A stretch of DNA of 64,000 bases, from contig NC_047025.1 in NCBI RefSeq assembly GCF_902652985.1, positions 20,088,001 through 20,152,000 on the forward strand, read 5' to 3'. This DNA is from Pecten maximus (taxonomy: Eukaryota). The translations under genes and the position numbers were made by a program. The number at the start of each line of letters is the position of its first letter. The stretch's first letter is position 1. This document shows, in pieces, positions 11,804 to 25,625 of this stretch. Below the pieces are notes generated by a model. The model had not been told where the DNA came from and searched no databases. It was given only the letters and a program-made list of their open reading frames with translations.

Positions 11804-13009
11804 AATTGAGAGAAAATGGCGGATCCGGCAGACGACAGACGGTGACACTGACTGACCGATATGAAAGGTAGTGAAATGATAAGAAAATGTTACAAGCAAT
11901 ATCTATCTCCTATCTGCCAATCAAACAGTACATGGCCAATCAAAAATCAGAAAGATATCACCACTCCGCCACGATTACAATCGGCTGTCACTCTGCAAGT
12001 TTTAGATCAGGAATTCGATCCGAAATCCGGTCATTGGTACCAAGAAGACATTTTAGCAGACCATAGTTATGTACTACTCATTTGAATGTTTTATAAACTT
12101 TTTTCTGATGAGTAAGGCTCTCTGCATCGCGAGGTTGAGACATAGCGAGAAACATCACGTATATTCAAATTGTCGTTTGTGGCTCCAATATACTTTACGG
12201 AAACCAAATTTATAAACGATCGTTTCCATTAGTAACTCACAAGAAACTGTAGCGTCACTAACTATTAATTTTAGAAAAGGTTGTTATAATTTTCACACCT
12301 TGATATTGATGAAAATATGTGTTCACTTGCTCTGCATCCTCCCATTGCAATGCAAAGAGGTATGATAGTGTTCTAAGACTTTAAAACATCATTTGATCAC
12401 ATGATCACTATTGTGACGTCACCTATCTCATTGTGACAGCGTGTGAACAATTTTACGAACAGGCGTTAGAAAAGAGTTATAATATAGAATAACTTAACTA
12501 AGATCTATTAAAATGTATACTCATATGCGTAAGTAATTATTAGTTTTTATGTCACTAGTGTTTTAGTCATATAAAACGAATCATGTTTTTCTCCGACAAC
12601 TAATTATTCCCTGTCCGGCTTGAAGGCAATAGCAATGTGTGTTGAAAGACCACGATACCGTCTGGTAAAACCACTGGGTATTAAACAAGTTCATACAACA
12701 TCTCCATGACCAAGGATCCTTAAAACTCTTGTTGTTAATCGTGTTTGTAACAAGCATTTTCATTGGCTTAAAAATATCAGTCCATAACGTAAAATGGCAT
12801 CGCCATTTGCAACGTCACTTTTGATTTCTAAGAGAAGTGAACACATCCATAAATATGGATTTTCGCAGGGATTGTGTAGAATAGATTTGATTAAAAGGAT
12901 TATGCAAATTGATATTATTTATGTAATGGAAACATAGCGCGCACACACTTGTAGTGTACTCTCATGGTTTATTTAAAATACATTCCATTTTTATGTTATG
13001 GCGCCATAA

Positions 13010-13211
13010 TATGGCAATCCAAGTGAAGTTTATCAGATATCGGATATGTTTATAAGATATCTTAACGTTTATGAGATATATTATATCTTTTTATAAGATA
13101 TCTTATATGACACAGATGATGTCTCATTTATTACATAAGATATCTTATCAAATATGGTTGATTACTGGATCAAGATTGCTCCATGACTAAATGATAACTT
13201 GGCTTGCCATA
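13010..13211. mobile_element. MITE-like element, about 200 bp
   Basis: Terminal inverted repeats TATGGCAATCCAAGT / ACTTGGCTTGCCATA (1 mismatch) with internal AGATATCTTA repeats. Confidence 0.6.
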
Positions 13212-13352
13212 TCATACCATAAAACTGTATTCAAGTTAATTAATCCTTAAACCAAAATGTCTACGTGTCGACAATAGAGATATTCATAAAAAATTATGAT
13301 AATCGAATGAAGTAATTTTTTTCATGACTAACTTTTCCAGTTCTGAACAAAG

Positions 13353-13768
13353 CAAGAAATATCTTTAAAAAAGATAAACGGCATAGTTTTAATGCTGGTG
13401 ATGTAAAAGTGCTGGTGAAATAAATTAACGAACTAATGCGTTTCAGCAGAGACTTGTATATCAGATATACAAGTCTCTGGTTTCAGCAAGGATAACAAAA
13501 TTATATCAGTTTGAATCATTTTCGATGATAACAAGACTACATTTGAATCAGGAATATAATTTTATTAATGTGTCATTTGAAAAGATACATCCACTTATTC
13601 AGCTTACATTCAAGCATAACTTTGTTTCGTTTTTAATAGCATATCTGCATTTTGCATTTTGCATTTACCTGCTACATTGACCAATCATATACTTCATCTT
13701 GACCAGTAACGCCACCCTGTCGCGTCATATCCGGGGCCAAAAGAATATTATACGGCTATGCCGAAAAA
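13353..13768 (+). repeat. Dispersed repeat, inverted copy of 30198-30577
   Basis: About 400 bp aligns by eye to the reverse complement of 30198-30577. Confidence 0.9.
13447..13479. mobile_element. 33-bp perfect palindromic insertion with 7-bp TSD (GTTTCAG)
   Basis: CAGAGACTTGTATATC-A-GATATACAAGTCTCTG flanked by GTTTCAG at 13440-13446 and 13480-13486. The homologous site at 30471-30477 has one copy and no insert. Confidence 0.85.
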
Positions 13769-15081
13769 CTGACATGCGAACTAAACTGGCAGTACTCACA
13801 TTCGTTCGGTACATTATAGTTTCTCAGATTGTTAGCCACACCTTTTCCATCCAAAAACTGATTTCATTTACCTTCTGTCTTGCTTTGGTAAGCTTCCAGT
13901 GAACCCTTATTTTCGAATCGGCAATAATGACCTATTGTCAGAGCCGAAAATGTCAACCCGAGATAGAGGCTGATATTTTACTCAGGGGACAATACTGACC
14001 AAGTATTTAATCAAATCATATCAAATGTATTCTTACATATATTACTTCTTATATAATCGCATCGCGTGCAGAATAAAGATAAGTATGTTTAGTGTTAAAC
14101 GCACTGACACTAGACGTACACTGTGGCACAATACATTGACATTTTAAAAATATGTAATCTATTCTCGTGCAAATAAGATAAAATAAAAATGAGTGTTTTA
14201 AATATCGTCCATCTCCGATAAGTCTATAGGAACCCAAGCCAGCCATCACTATGAACAGATGCGTCTGTCCAAGGAGGCTGTGTTCCACCTGCCATATTGA
14301 CAAATACAATTTATTCAAGACATTTTATTTACGGTTTCCTTTCACTCATCTCATTTTTATACATGATGTGTTTTTAATGCAATTATAAGCTTATCAGTTT
14401 AAACGTCTTGTTTTTCATGTCTTAAAACATAACTGTATATGCTTCGCCCTAAACACCTCAAAACATATCGCTGGTTCTATTTCGGTGATGAAAAGATTTT
14501 GTTCTTTCGCTGCATAAGCTTTAATTATAGATGTGCACGAGAAAAACTAGAACTGATTTGGGCTTCTGAAATAAACAAACTCTCAATCTGCCAAAGATTA
14601 GCAAGTAATTGTGAAAATGAAATATATAGTTTGTCAACCTTTTCAAGACTACAGACTATATCCGACAGCGATGATACGATGATACATTCCAATCCTGCTA
14701 TTGTGTAAAAAGGCAACAAAATAGATCTGTTGTTTTGTAATTGAAATAAAAAGTAGATAGGATAAAACGCCCTGTACCGTATATATATGTCGTAATGTTG
14801 AGTATGTGTTGCTATTTCTGGTCGTTTTATTAACAAACGTCTGGACAGGCTGTATCCCTCGTCACGGTGAGAATGTACAGAATGAGACTAAATAGACGTT
14901 GTACGGACGTCTGTTACTACTCTCCGCTGAGACACTCGGGACTCGATTATATTGATGACTAGTAGTTTTGCTAGAGTTCCATGAGGTATTCTATGGTGGA
15001 TAATATGTGTCCTTTTTATATTTAGAGTGAAACGTACGGAAAATAACAATATTATCGCCCTGCTAAACATCATATTAAGAT

Positions 15082-17515
15082 CAATCTAATTAAAATCTAG
15101 ATGGTCATTCTCACTACGTTACATGAACATCTAACAACATCCCATAAGGGGTCACGTCAGGGTGACCTTTTGGATTAGCCAATCAAATGACTACTTCCAG
15201 AACCTTGGAAGTGAATTTTATAGGTCCGAATTAGCATGACTAGAGTGCATAGCTTGCGTAATCTTTCAATTTATTTCAAGACATTTCGTTCCATAAAGCA
15301 TATAGTTACATGTTTATACATACTCTGCCGAAATGGTTTGCTTCAGATGCATGCTGTGACGAAATTGTTTGCTTCGGTTCATCGACAAATTGACAATTCG
15401 CCCTGAAAGTGAAATATACACATCTCAAAGGTCATCTTCTAAGATGGATAACTAGTTATCTGTCGAACAGAAAACAATCAGTTTTTATTAATGATTCTAT
15501 ATCTTCGCGTAAGACTATAAATGCTGGTGTCCCTCAAGGATCAGTTCTAGGTCCACTTTTCTTCCTTCTTTATATAAACGATATTTCATGTGAACTTTCT
15601 TCCCTATCTAGACTCTTTGCAGATGATACCTCTCTTTCTTATTCGTCCCATGACTTAAACACTATTGAAGCAGACGCAAACGCAGATCTTATTAAACTTG
15701 AAGTCTGGTCTAAAGAATGGCTAATGTCCTTTAATCCTACTAAAACTGAGGCCCTGGTTATCTCAAATAGGCAACTTCCATTTATCCCATCTTTAACATT
15801 CAACAATACCCCAATTCAAATCACTAACCAACATAAACACTTCGGTGTCGTTTTTTCTAATGATTGTAAATGGAATATCCATGTTGAATATATGGTTAAA
15901 AAAGTTAATAAATATATAGCCACACTTCGTAAATTAAAATTTATCCTAAATAGGAATACATTAGAAAAAATGTATCTTACTTATATTCGACCTCTACTCG
16001 AATATGCCTGCGAAGTATGGGACAACTGTGGTACAACAAATTTATTGCTATTGGAAAAAATAAATTTAGAAGCTGCGAGAATAGTTACAGGGCTGCCCAT
16101 ATTCACAAAAAAAGATTTCTTATATCAAGAAACCGGCTGGTTACCCCTTGCGAAGAGAAGGGATGCTCGGAAACTGTCTTTATTCTATTCTATAGTTAAT
16201 AATTTGTCACCTACTTTTCTCGTCGACTTATTGCCAATGTATATTGGAAATATAATTCCATACAATTTGCGAAATGCACATCTTTTGAGAGAACAACACT
16301 TTCGTTTACAACTTTCAAACAATTCTTTCTTTCCCTCTACGTCAAAACTCTGGAACGACTTGAATATCACTATTAGAAACTCGCCTTCTCTAAGTTCTTT
16401 TAAGTCAAATGTAAAGAAATCTATGACAGCAAACAATATATTATATAGTAAGCATTTTATAAACTATGGACCTAGGAATTTAAATATTATCCACAGTCGA
16501 CTGAGAAATCGAGCTAGCACACTAAACTATGATCTTTTTAGAGCTAATCTCGTAGATTCACCCGAGTGTCAATGTGGGCATCCCTGTGAAGATTGCTATC
16601 ATTTTTTCCTTATCTGTCCTTTGTATGCCAATTTAAGAAGAACACTTATTACTGAAATATCATGGTACGGTCCTGCCAACATCGATGTTCTTTGTAAAGG
16701 TGATCCTAATATTTCACCAAATGACAATGTAAAAATCGCCAAAGCTGTGCAAAACTTCCTGAGAAGGTCGGGTAGATTCGACTAGCTGCCGTTTCTTACT
16801 CCCCCTCCCTTTTTCCTCTCCTTTTCTTAATCTTATTAGTTCATAAACTTGCTTCAAAAGTGTCCTATCTATCCGTACTTTATATATAGTGTAAGGACAA
16901 CAATGGATCAATTGAATCCATCTAAAAATGTAGGTTGTATTTCTGGTCCTTCCGGATCCAAACGGCACTTGAGAAACGTAGTTAACTGGAAGAGCGGACG
17001 GAACCAGGAGAAAGCCACTTACGCACGGGATGTGATGAACATTTGAAACAGCTGAAAGATTGGAAAGTGAATAGTGTAACAAGTGTCGTCTGTGTCGGGA
17101 AGGATCGGAAACACAATCTCAGTTCATTAATTTTACTTGTTGCAAGCTATACAAAACTATTGTCACCCCCCCCTCTCTCTCTCCTCCTGCCTGTCTCTCA
17201 TTCTCTCTCTCTTTTTCCATCCCTAATAAAATATAACCTTTTTTTTATTTTTTAAGAAAGACAATTCATAAATCATCTTTTGTTTATCATATTGTTGAAT
17301 ATTTGTACATATCATCATGTGACCACTGTATATTATCATATGTCATTTATGCGGGAAAGGTCATCAATAAGTTGGCAAAACTTACCGACCAATCCCTTTG
17401 TCATTTTATGTCAATAAAATATGTTTAAACTTAATCAGAACGTCACCCCTTATGGGATGTCGTTAGATGTTCATGTAACGTAGTGAGAATGACCATCTAG
17501 ATTCTAATTAGATTG
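15082..17515. mobile_element. Non-autonomous TIR DNA transposon (about 76-bp TIRs, 9-bp TSD) containing a LINE
   Basis: CAATCTAATTAAAATCTAGATGGTCATTCTCACTACG... at 15082 matches the reverse complement ending at 17515. TATTAAGAT occurs at both 15073-15081 and 17516-17524. Confidence 0.9.
15420..17430 (+). mobile_element. 5'-truncated CR1/L2-clade LINE (RT C-terminal half plus 3' UTR)
   Basis: ORF to 16785 with GVPQGSVLGP, LFADDT, YIRPLLEY and C-terminal CQCGH..EDCYHFFLICP motifs. 3' end is AATAAAATATGTTTAAAC at about 17413-17430. No endonuclease domain. Confidence 0.92.
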
Positions 17516-17686
17516 TATTAAGATGAAAAAGACACCTATCGGACAACACATTAAACAATCCCTTTCGTACCAACGCATTGTTACATATATATACCTGTGG
17601 AATGTTCGCAATTTGTATTCATTTTATCAGGAATAGACATATTTCACTGTTCTCTAATGATAACGTTTCGTAGTTATAATGAATAA

Positions 17687-18335
17687 ATAGAGGTACCACA
17701 ACGTACCACAAACATGGTGTTATATATGGTATTTCCCGAGTTACTTAAAAAATATTTTTCAAAAGTAATAAAATAGTTATTACATTGGAATAATAACTAA
17801 CGAGTGTGAAAGAAATACCAAATACAACAACCACGAGTGTGTGTCACCTGTTTCTACCACAATAGAAAAGCTATACTGAGGATGATTTGACCTATTTCGT
17901 TTCAACGCGTGGTCTTTTCACATTTTCAGTTGAGGTGTAAGGATATGACCTAAAGTGAAATGCCGCTAATTGATATGCAAAACTGACAATTTCGAAAATG
18001 TGTGCAGTCATTACAATTTATCGCCAATCATGATAAATAATTAGCAAGTTTATTATTATTCAAAGCAATAAAATTGATAGAAATCTATGTTAAAAAACGG
18101 ATGATCACAAAAACAATTGCGAGCTACTTTTTGTGTGTCACCATTTCCGCGGAACTGTGAAGTAGCCTTCAGTTGTTAGCCAATCAAAACGCATTTCACC
18201 ACGTAATTAAAAAAATTGTCCTGGTCAAAGGTCACTGTATCAACCAATTTAAATGCATAAACTGTTTTATTATTCACTTGTAATGATTATTTCTTTACCT
18301 GGGAGATCAATAACACCCACCTATTGTGGTAGAAA
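17687..18335 (-). mobile_element. Hairpin-bearing non-autonomous element, same family as 23728-24099, opposite orientation
   Basis: 15-bp inverted pair TTTCTACCACAATAG (17851) / CTATTGTGGTAGAAA (18321). Shares ACGAGTGTGAAA...CAACAACCAC and TTAGCCAATCAAAA motifs with the 23.7-24.1 kb copy. Confidence 0.6.
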
Positions 18336-18399
18336 TCAGTTTAAATAACTTTAGATTTGTCTACCAGCGCCTCGAGTTAAAATGTCACGTTACTAAAGA

Positions 18400-20240
18400 G
18401 TATGTGATGTTACTATATGTAGGTCCTTCTACTAGATAGTATGTGATGTAAATATATAAAGGCCATTTTATTAGATTGCATATGGTGTGACTATACATAA
18501 GTCATGTTATTAGACAGTGATGTTACTATGTTTGTGACTATATATAGGTTATATTACTAGATAGTATGTGGTGTTACTATATATTACTAGATAGTATGTT
18601 TGTGACTATATATATAGGTTATGTAACTAGATAGTATGTGTGTTACTATATATAAGTTATGTAACTAGATAGTATGTATGTTACTATATATAGGTTATGT
18701 GACTAGATAGTATGTGATGTTACTATATATAGGTCTTGTTACTAGATAGTATGTATGTTACTATATATAGGTTATGTAACTAGATAGTATACATGTTACT
18801 ATATATAGGTCATGTTACTAGATAGTATGTGCTGTTACTATATATAGGTCATGCTACCAGATAGGGTGTGTGTTGCTATAGATAGGTGATGTGACTAGAT
18901 AGTATGTTATGTTACTATATATAGGTCATGTTACTAGGTATTATGTTATGTTACTATATATAGGTTATGTGACTAGATAGTATGTTATGCAACTATATAT
19001 ATGTCATGTTACTAGGTAGTATGTTATGTTACTATATATAGGACATGTTACTATAGAGTATGTGTGTGGCTATATATAGGTGGTGTGACTACATAGTATG
19101 TATGTATGTATATATATAGGTCATGTTACTAGATATATGTGATGTGACAATATAAATGTCGTACTACTAGATAGTATGCGGTGTTACTATATATAGGTCA
19201 TACTACTGGATAGTGTGTTATGTTACTATATATAGGTCGTACTACTAGATAGTGTGTTATGTTACTATAAATAGGTCATAGTACTAGATAGAATGTATGA
19301 CTATAAATAGGTCATGTTACTATACAGCATTTTTATATGTCATGTTACTAGATAGTATCTGATGTTACTTTATATAGATCATACTACTAGATAGTAAATG
19401 GTGTTACTATATATATAGATCATACTACTAGATAGTATATGGTGTTACTATATATAGATCATACTACTAGATAGTATCTGATGTTACTTTATATAGATCA
19501 TACTACTAGATAGTATTTGATGTTACTATATATAGATCATACTACTAGATAGTATCTGATGTTACTATATAGATCATACTACTAGATAGTATGTGATGTT
19601 ACTATATATAGATCATACTACTAGATAGTATATGGTGTTACTATATATAGGTCATGTTACTAGATAGTATATGGTGTTACTATATATAGATCATACTACT
19701 AGATAGTATGTGATGTTACTATATATAGATCATACTACTAGATAGTATATGGTGTTACTATATATATAGATCATACTACTAGATAGTATATGGTGTTACT
19801 ATATATAGATCATACTACTAGATAGTATCTGATGTTACTTTATATAGATCATACTACTAGATAGTATTTGATGTTACTATATATAGATCATACTACTAGA
19901 TAGTATGTGATGTTACTATATATAGATCATACTACTAGATAGTATATGGTGTTACTATATATAGGTCATGTTACTAGATAGTATATGATGTTACTATATA
20001 TAGATCATACTACTAGATAGTATGTGATGTTACTATATATAGATCATACTACTAGATAGTATTTGATGTTACTATATATAGATCATACTACTAGATAGTA
20101 TGTGATGTTACTATATATAGATCATACTACTGGATAGTATGTGATGTTACTATATATAGATCATACTACTAGATAGTATATGATGTTACTATATATAGAT
20201 CATACTACTAGATAGTATATGGTGCTACTATATAGGCCAT
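18400..20240. repeat. About 39-bp AT-rich minisatellite (TATATATAGATCATACTACTAGATAGTATGTGATGTTAC)
   Basis: Visible tandem array, degenerate on the left and homogeneous at about 19330-20235. Confidence 0.92.
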
Positions 20241-20597
20241 GTAACTAAGGTTGTAATTGATGTCATGTGACTAGACGATCTCGTTGGACAAATTATGAGG
20301 CATCCGGCCTATGCTACCCGAACCAACCTAGATTTTAAGTGTGTTGGTAATGATGAAGTTACTACAGCAAATGATGTTCCGTGATCTCATCTTCCTGGAA
20401 AAAACTCAAAAACAAACAAAAACAAAAAAAGCACACACTTCAGGTATTCCCTGAGATTTTTGTTGTTCTACAGACTGAGCTCTCGTAGTCCCCCTGTAGG
20501 TCACGTTATCATATATGTAGGCAATGCGACTAGGTATGTAGGTCATGGGAATCGGAAATGTATCTATTTTATATTACTAGCTCGGTCGTATGGGAAG

Positions 20598-22620
20598 AAA
20601 TATAGGTCATGTTACCAGATATGTAGGTCATATTACCAGATATATAGGTCATGCTACCAGATATGTAGGTCATGTTACCAGATATATAGGTCATGTTACC
20701 AGATATGTAGGTCATGTTACCAGATATGTAGGTCATGTAACCAGATATATAGGTCATGTTACCAGATATGTAGGTCACGTTACCAGATATATAGGTCATG
20801 TTACCAGATATATAGGTCATGTTACCAGATATATAGGTGATGTTACCAGATATGAAATATGTAGGTCATTTTACCAGACATAAATTATGTAGGTCATATT
20901 ACCAGATATAAATTATGTAGGTCATGTTACCAGATATAAATTATGTAGGTCATGTTACCAGATATATAGAGGCCATGTAGATATATACGGGCAGGTCATG
21001 TTACAAGACGTAGGTATATATGCAATGTTATTAGATATATAGGTTATTTAGATTATGTAGATAAAGAGGAATGTAACTAGATGTAGATACACAGGCCATG
21101 TTACTACATGTAAAGGTCATGTTACTATATATATATATAGGTCACGTTACTAGATATATAGGTAATGTTATGAGATATATAGGTCATGTTACTTGATTTA
21201 TAGGTCATGATGCTGAATGTTGATATATAGGCCATGTTACTACATATAAAGGTCATATTACTAGATATATAGGTCGGGTTACTGGATATATATATATATA
21301 GGCCATGATACTACATAAAAAGGTAATTTTACTAGTTATATAGGTCATATTACCAGATATGTAGGTCATATTACCAGATATATAGGTCATGTTACCAGAT
21401 ATGTAGGTCATGTTACCAGATATGAATTATGCAGGTCATGTTACCAGATATGTAGGTGATGTTACCAGATATATAGGTCATGTTACCAGATATATAGGTG
21501 ATGCTACCAGATATGTAGGTCATGTTACAAAATATATAGGTCATGTTACCAGATATGTAGGTCATGTTACCAGATATACATTTGTAGGTCATGTTACCAG
21601 ATATATAGGTCATGTCACCAGATATGTAGGTGATGTTACCAGATATATAGGTCATGTTACCAGATATGTAGGTCATGTTACCAGATATATAGGTGATGTT
21701 ACCAGATATATAGGTCATGTTACCAGATATGTAGGTCATGTTACCAGATATGAATTATGTAGGTCATGTTACCAGATATATAGGTGATGTTACCAGATAT
21801 ATGGGTCATATTACCAGATATATAGAGGCCATGTAGATATATACGGGTAGGTCATGTTACAAGACGTAGGTATATATGCAATGTTATTAGATATATAGGT
21901 TATTTAGATTATGTAGATAAAGAGGAATGTAACTAGATGTAGATACACAGGCCATGTTACTACATGTAAAGGTCATGTTACTATATATATAGGCCACGTT
22001 ACTAGATATATAGGTAATGTTATGAGATATATAGGTCATGTTACTATATATATAGGCCACGTTACTAGATATATAGGTAATGTTACTTGATTTATAGGTC
22101 ATGTTACTGAATGTTAATATATAGGCCATGTTACTACATATAAAGGTCATGTTACTAGATATATAGGTCGGGTTACTGGATATAGATATATAGGCCATGT
22201 TACTACATAAAAAGGTAATTTTACTAGATATATAGGTCATATTACTAGATATATAGGTCATATTACTAGATATATAGGTCGGGTTACTGAATATTAATAT
22301 ATAGGCCATGTTACTACATATAAAGGTCATATTACTAGATATATAGGTCGGGTTACTGGATATAGATATATAGGCCATGTTACTACATAAAAAGGTCATA
22401 TTACTAGATATTTAGTTCATGTTACTAGATATATAGATCATGTTACTTGTAGATATATAGGCCATGTTGCTTGATATATATATGTCGTTTAGATAAAGAG
22501 GTCATGCCACTAGATATGTCACGTTACTGGATATAAAGGTCGTGTTACTAGATATTTATGTCATATAGATAAAGAGGTTATGTTACTATATATAGTTCAT
22601 ATTACTATATATATAGGTCA
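20598..22620. repeat. 21-bp minisatellite (ATATAGGTCATGTTACCAGAT) with an internal higher-order duplication
   Basis: Visible array. The block starting GAGGCCATGTAGATATATACGGG occurs at about 20968 and 21825. Confidence 0.92.
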
Positions 22621-23559
22621 GGTTACAGAGGTCAGGTAACTAGACACAGAAGCTACAGATGTCAAGAAACTAAAACAAGTAAAGAAAACATGCTCCGTTA
22701 CGATTCCCCCGCACTCCACCCCGATTTAACTATGTTGGTTTAGGATACAATATTTATAATAACTCGTAATCATATTAAACCAGTTCAGTGTTTCGTTACA
22801 ATAACAATGGAAGATATGATGCTAATCAAATTGGAAAGTTTTTTAGTTAAGGAACTGGAGGAATAGTGAGGAAACTGGGTCTGGCTGGTTCCGTCTCGTT
22901 GAATGGCTAATTCCTGAGCTACAGACCCCATTACTTTCTATTCCGTCCGCGGCGTAGTACCATGGTGTATTAGTATATCACAAAATGTTAGATATGTAAT
23001 TTGGGATATAGAACTGCGATGTTAAGTGGGTGATTTTGGATATAGAACTGCGATGTTAGGTGGATAATTTTTGTGATACAGTTTCTTGTAATCACCCCAG
23101 ATAAACCCTATTTTGGCTCGTTGTAATCAGAATATATCACAAAAAGAAGCCTAACACATCTTTACAGGCACTGACTTAAAGGATAAATAAAAAGTGTTGA
23201 AATGTTTCCAGTCAGTCTTCAGATATGGACGCCCACTTGATATAACGTCTCATTTAATATCCCTTTCAATGCGTAGTTCAATGTAAAATTGATGAAAACT
23301 GAAAACATGACTTAGCGTAGAGATTTTGTCGATTAACTTGAGGAATGGTATCCAGGTTTTGTAAAAGTGGAAAATATGCCAGCACAGATACATGATACAG
23401 AAGACACAGTAATTAAGCTAGCTGTGGGGACTTCTCGTGAAAAACTAGCGGGGAAATATGATTGTTTTCTCCTCTCTATCAGTTTTAATAAAGTATGGCT
23501 GATTTTACTTGGTTAAACCTCATTGAAACAGGTAGATGTCTGTCTTACTGTGTTACATA

Positions 23560-24313
23560 TGAAACATTTTGTATAAAATGTTGTATAGTCCATGTGCTTA
23601 GCGCTAAAAACGCAAGGAATAACGTTGAGTTTGTGATACATTTCTATAAATGTTGTATAGCCCATGTGCTTAGCGCTATAAACGTAAGGAATAACGTTGA
23701 GTTTGTGATACATTTCTATAAATGTTGTTTCCACCACAATACCCTGTGTTATTCAACTCTCAGACCATCAGTTAATCATTACAGCTGTTGAATAACAATC
23801 TGTTTATCCCTCACGTGGTATCTGTACGCATTTTGATTGGCTAACACGGTGAACTTTGACCCAAGCTGCATTTATACTTGGCCACGTTTCCCTTTGATTC
23901 AAGCCGATATTATTGTGGTAGAAACAGGTCACACGACTCGAAATTGTTGGATATGGAATTTATTTCACACTCGTAAGATATTTTTTAAAAGTTGCAAAAA
24001 ACACTCGCTAAAGCTCGTGTCTTTTGTAACTTTTAAAAAATAACTTACGAGTGTGAAATAAATTCCATATCCAACAACCACTCGTTGTGTAACCTCTATA
24101 TAGCCCATGTGCTTAGCGCTATAAACGTAAGGAATTACATTGAGTTTGTGATACATTTCTATAAATGTTGTATAGCCCATGTGCTTAGCGCTAAAAACGT
24201 AAGGAATAACATTGAGTTTGTGATACATTTCTATAAATGTTGTATAGTCCATGTGCTTAACGCTATAAACGTAAGGAATAACGTTGAGTTTGTGATACAT
24301 TTCTATAAATGTT
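23560..24313. repeat. 72-bp tandem repeat (about 5 units) interrupted by an insertion
   Basis: TTTCTATAAATGTTGTATAGCCCATGTGCTTAGCGCT... recurs every 72 bp (23641, 23713) and resumes after about 24099. Confidence 0.9.
23728..24099 (+). mobile_element. Hairpin-bearing non-autonomous element without a clear TSD (possibly Crypton-associated)
   Basis: Interrupts a 72-bp unit between TGTTGT and ATAGCCC. Short inverted pair at 23728 and 23911, long imperfect hairpin at 23944-24077. Superfamily assignment is inference. Confidence 0.7.
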
Positions 24314-25625
24314 ACAAACCCCCATGATACGTTTAACAAGATAGATTACTCAAAATGGATCTATTATTTTAAAATGTCCCCTTTCTAAAACATAGTTAAA
24401 TATTGACCTACATCCTTACGTGTTTACCTATATGTATTACACATGTGAGGTTGCGTGTACCGCCAGGTACAGAGCCTCCGATATCACGTCTAGCGCGTGA
24501 TGGTACTGCCACTGAATCCCTTGCGCATGTAGACTACGCCAATTTCATTTGGGTTCCTCTTGGTCTGCCTAAGTATATATACAGCGTACATACCAACAAA
24601 ACGTAACACGGGGTTGTAAAGTTCTTGTGAAGTTTATTTAAGGCCGAACCGGATCTTGCTGCAACAAAACTGGTACATGGATATTTTTCAGTCCTTCAGA
24701 TTGGTTTGGAAGACAAGGTTTTATATAAGTTATAAATAAGTTACTGGAATATAAACACATTACAATGATTGGAATTTCAACAAATGTCTGTGGATCCTCA
24801 CCAGACGAGACATAAAAACGTACACATGCACACAATAATCACCAACACACAAAGCACCTGCATCACACGCGCTAATTGGACGGGGATTTTTTGTTTTTTT
24901 TTCAAACTCTGGGTCTAATAAACTTGTTGGGGTTTCAAATCAGGCATCTAAATAGGCTACTTAGGCCGCTGACATGCCGTGTTTATTTTCATGGCTTCCG
25001 ACGCCAGATACTTTTTATAACATAAAACATACTACTACGTGTGCACATTGAGTATTTTTATCTGGTTGGCCTAGTGACATATGCTCAAAAGGCATGTTAC
25101 GATACTTTAGTTATATTTTACAGGCCTACACGATATTTACCTTGGCAACGCGATATCAGATAATCAAACAGACAGAGGCCTACGTCGATGTACACGTCAC
25201 ACATCGCTTCAAGTACGTAGCCGAGGGGGTTCTTATCGATTCCACATGCAGTTCATTTCCGGTCCAAAATCAAATATTAAATTTGTTAACATGGCCTCAA
25301 TTTATACCAGTTTTAATGTCTGTACACGCTAGCTATACTCTGAGCAATGCTGAAGCGGCGGTATTGCACAACCCAATCATGAGCACCTGATATAAATTTG
25401 ATAAAAGTTTCTTACCAAATTACGAAACGAAACATCTCGATATAGAGACAACACATATCCATTCCATCCTTGTGTGGTGTGGAATAACACTTTAAATGAT
25501 ATTTAATTTGTCAAGATAACCGAATGAGCTTTTATATAACCACACGGAATAATTTCTGGAGGTTAGCCACAATGAGTATCCACCTCATTAGAGGTTAATA
25601 TGCGTTCGCTACACATGTCATTTAC

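Noticed and set aside
20460-24339. Repetitive ORFs (YQICRSC, MTYISGN, HVTRYVG, FIEMYHKLN)
   Set aside because: Translations of 21-bp and 72-bp tandem repeats, with no splice or domain support.
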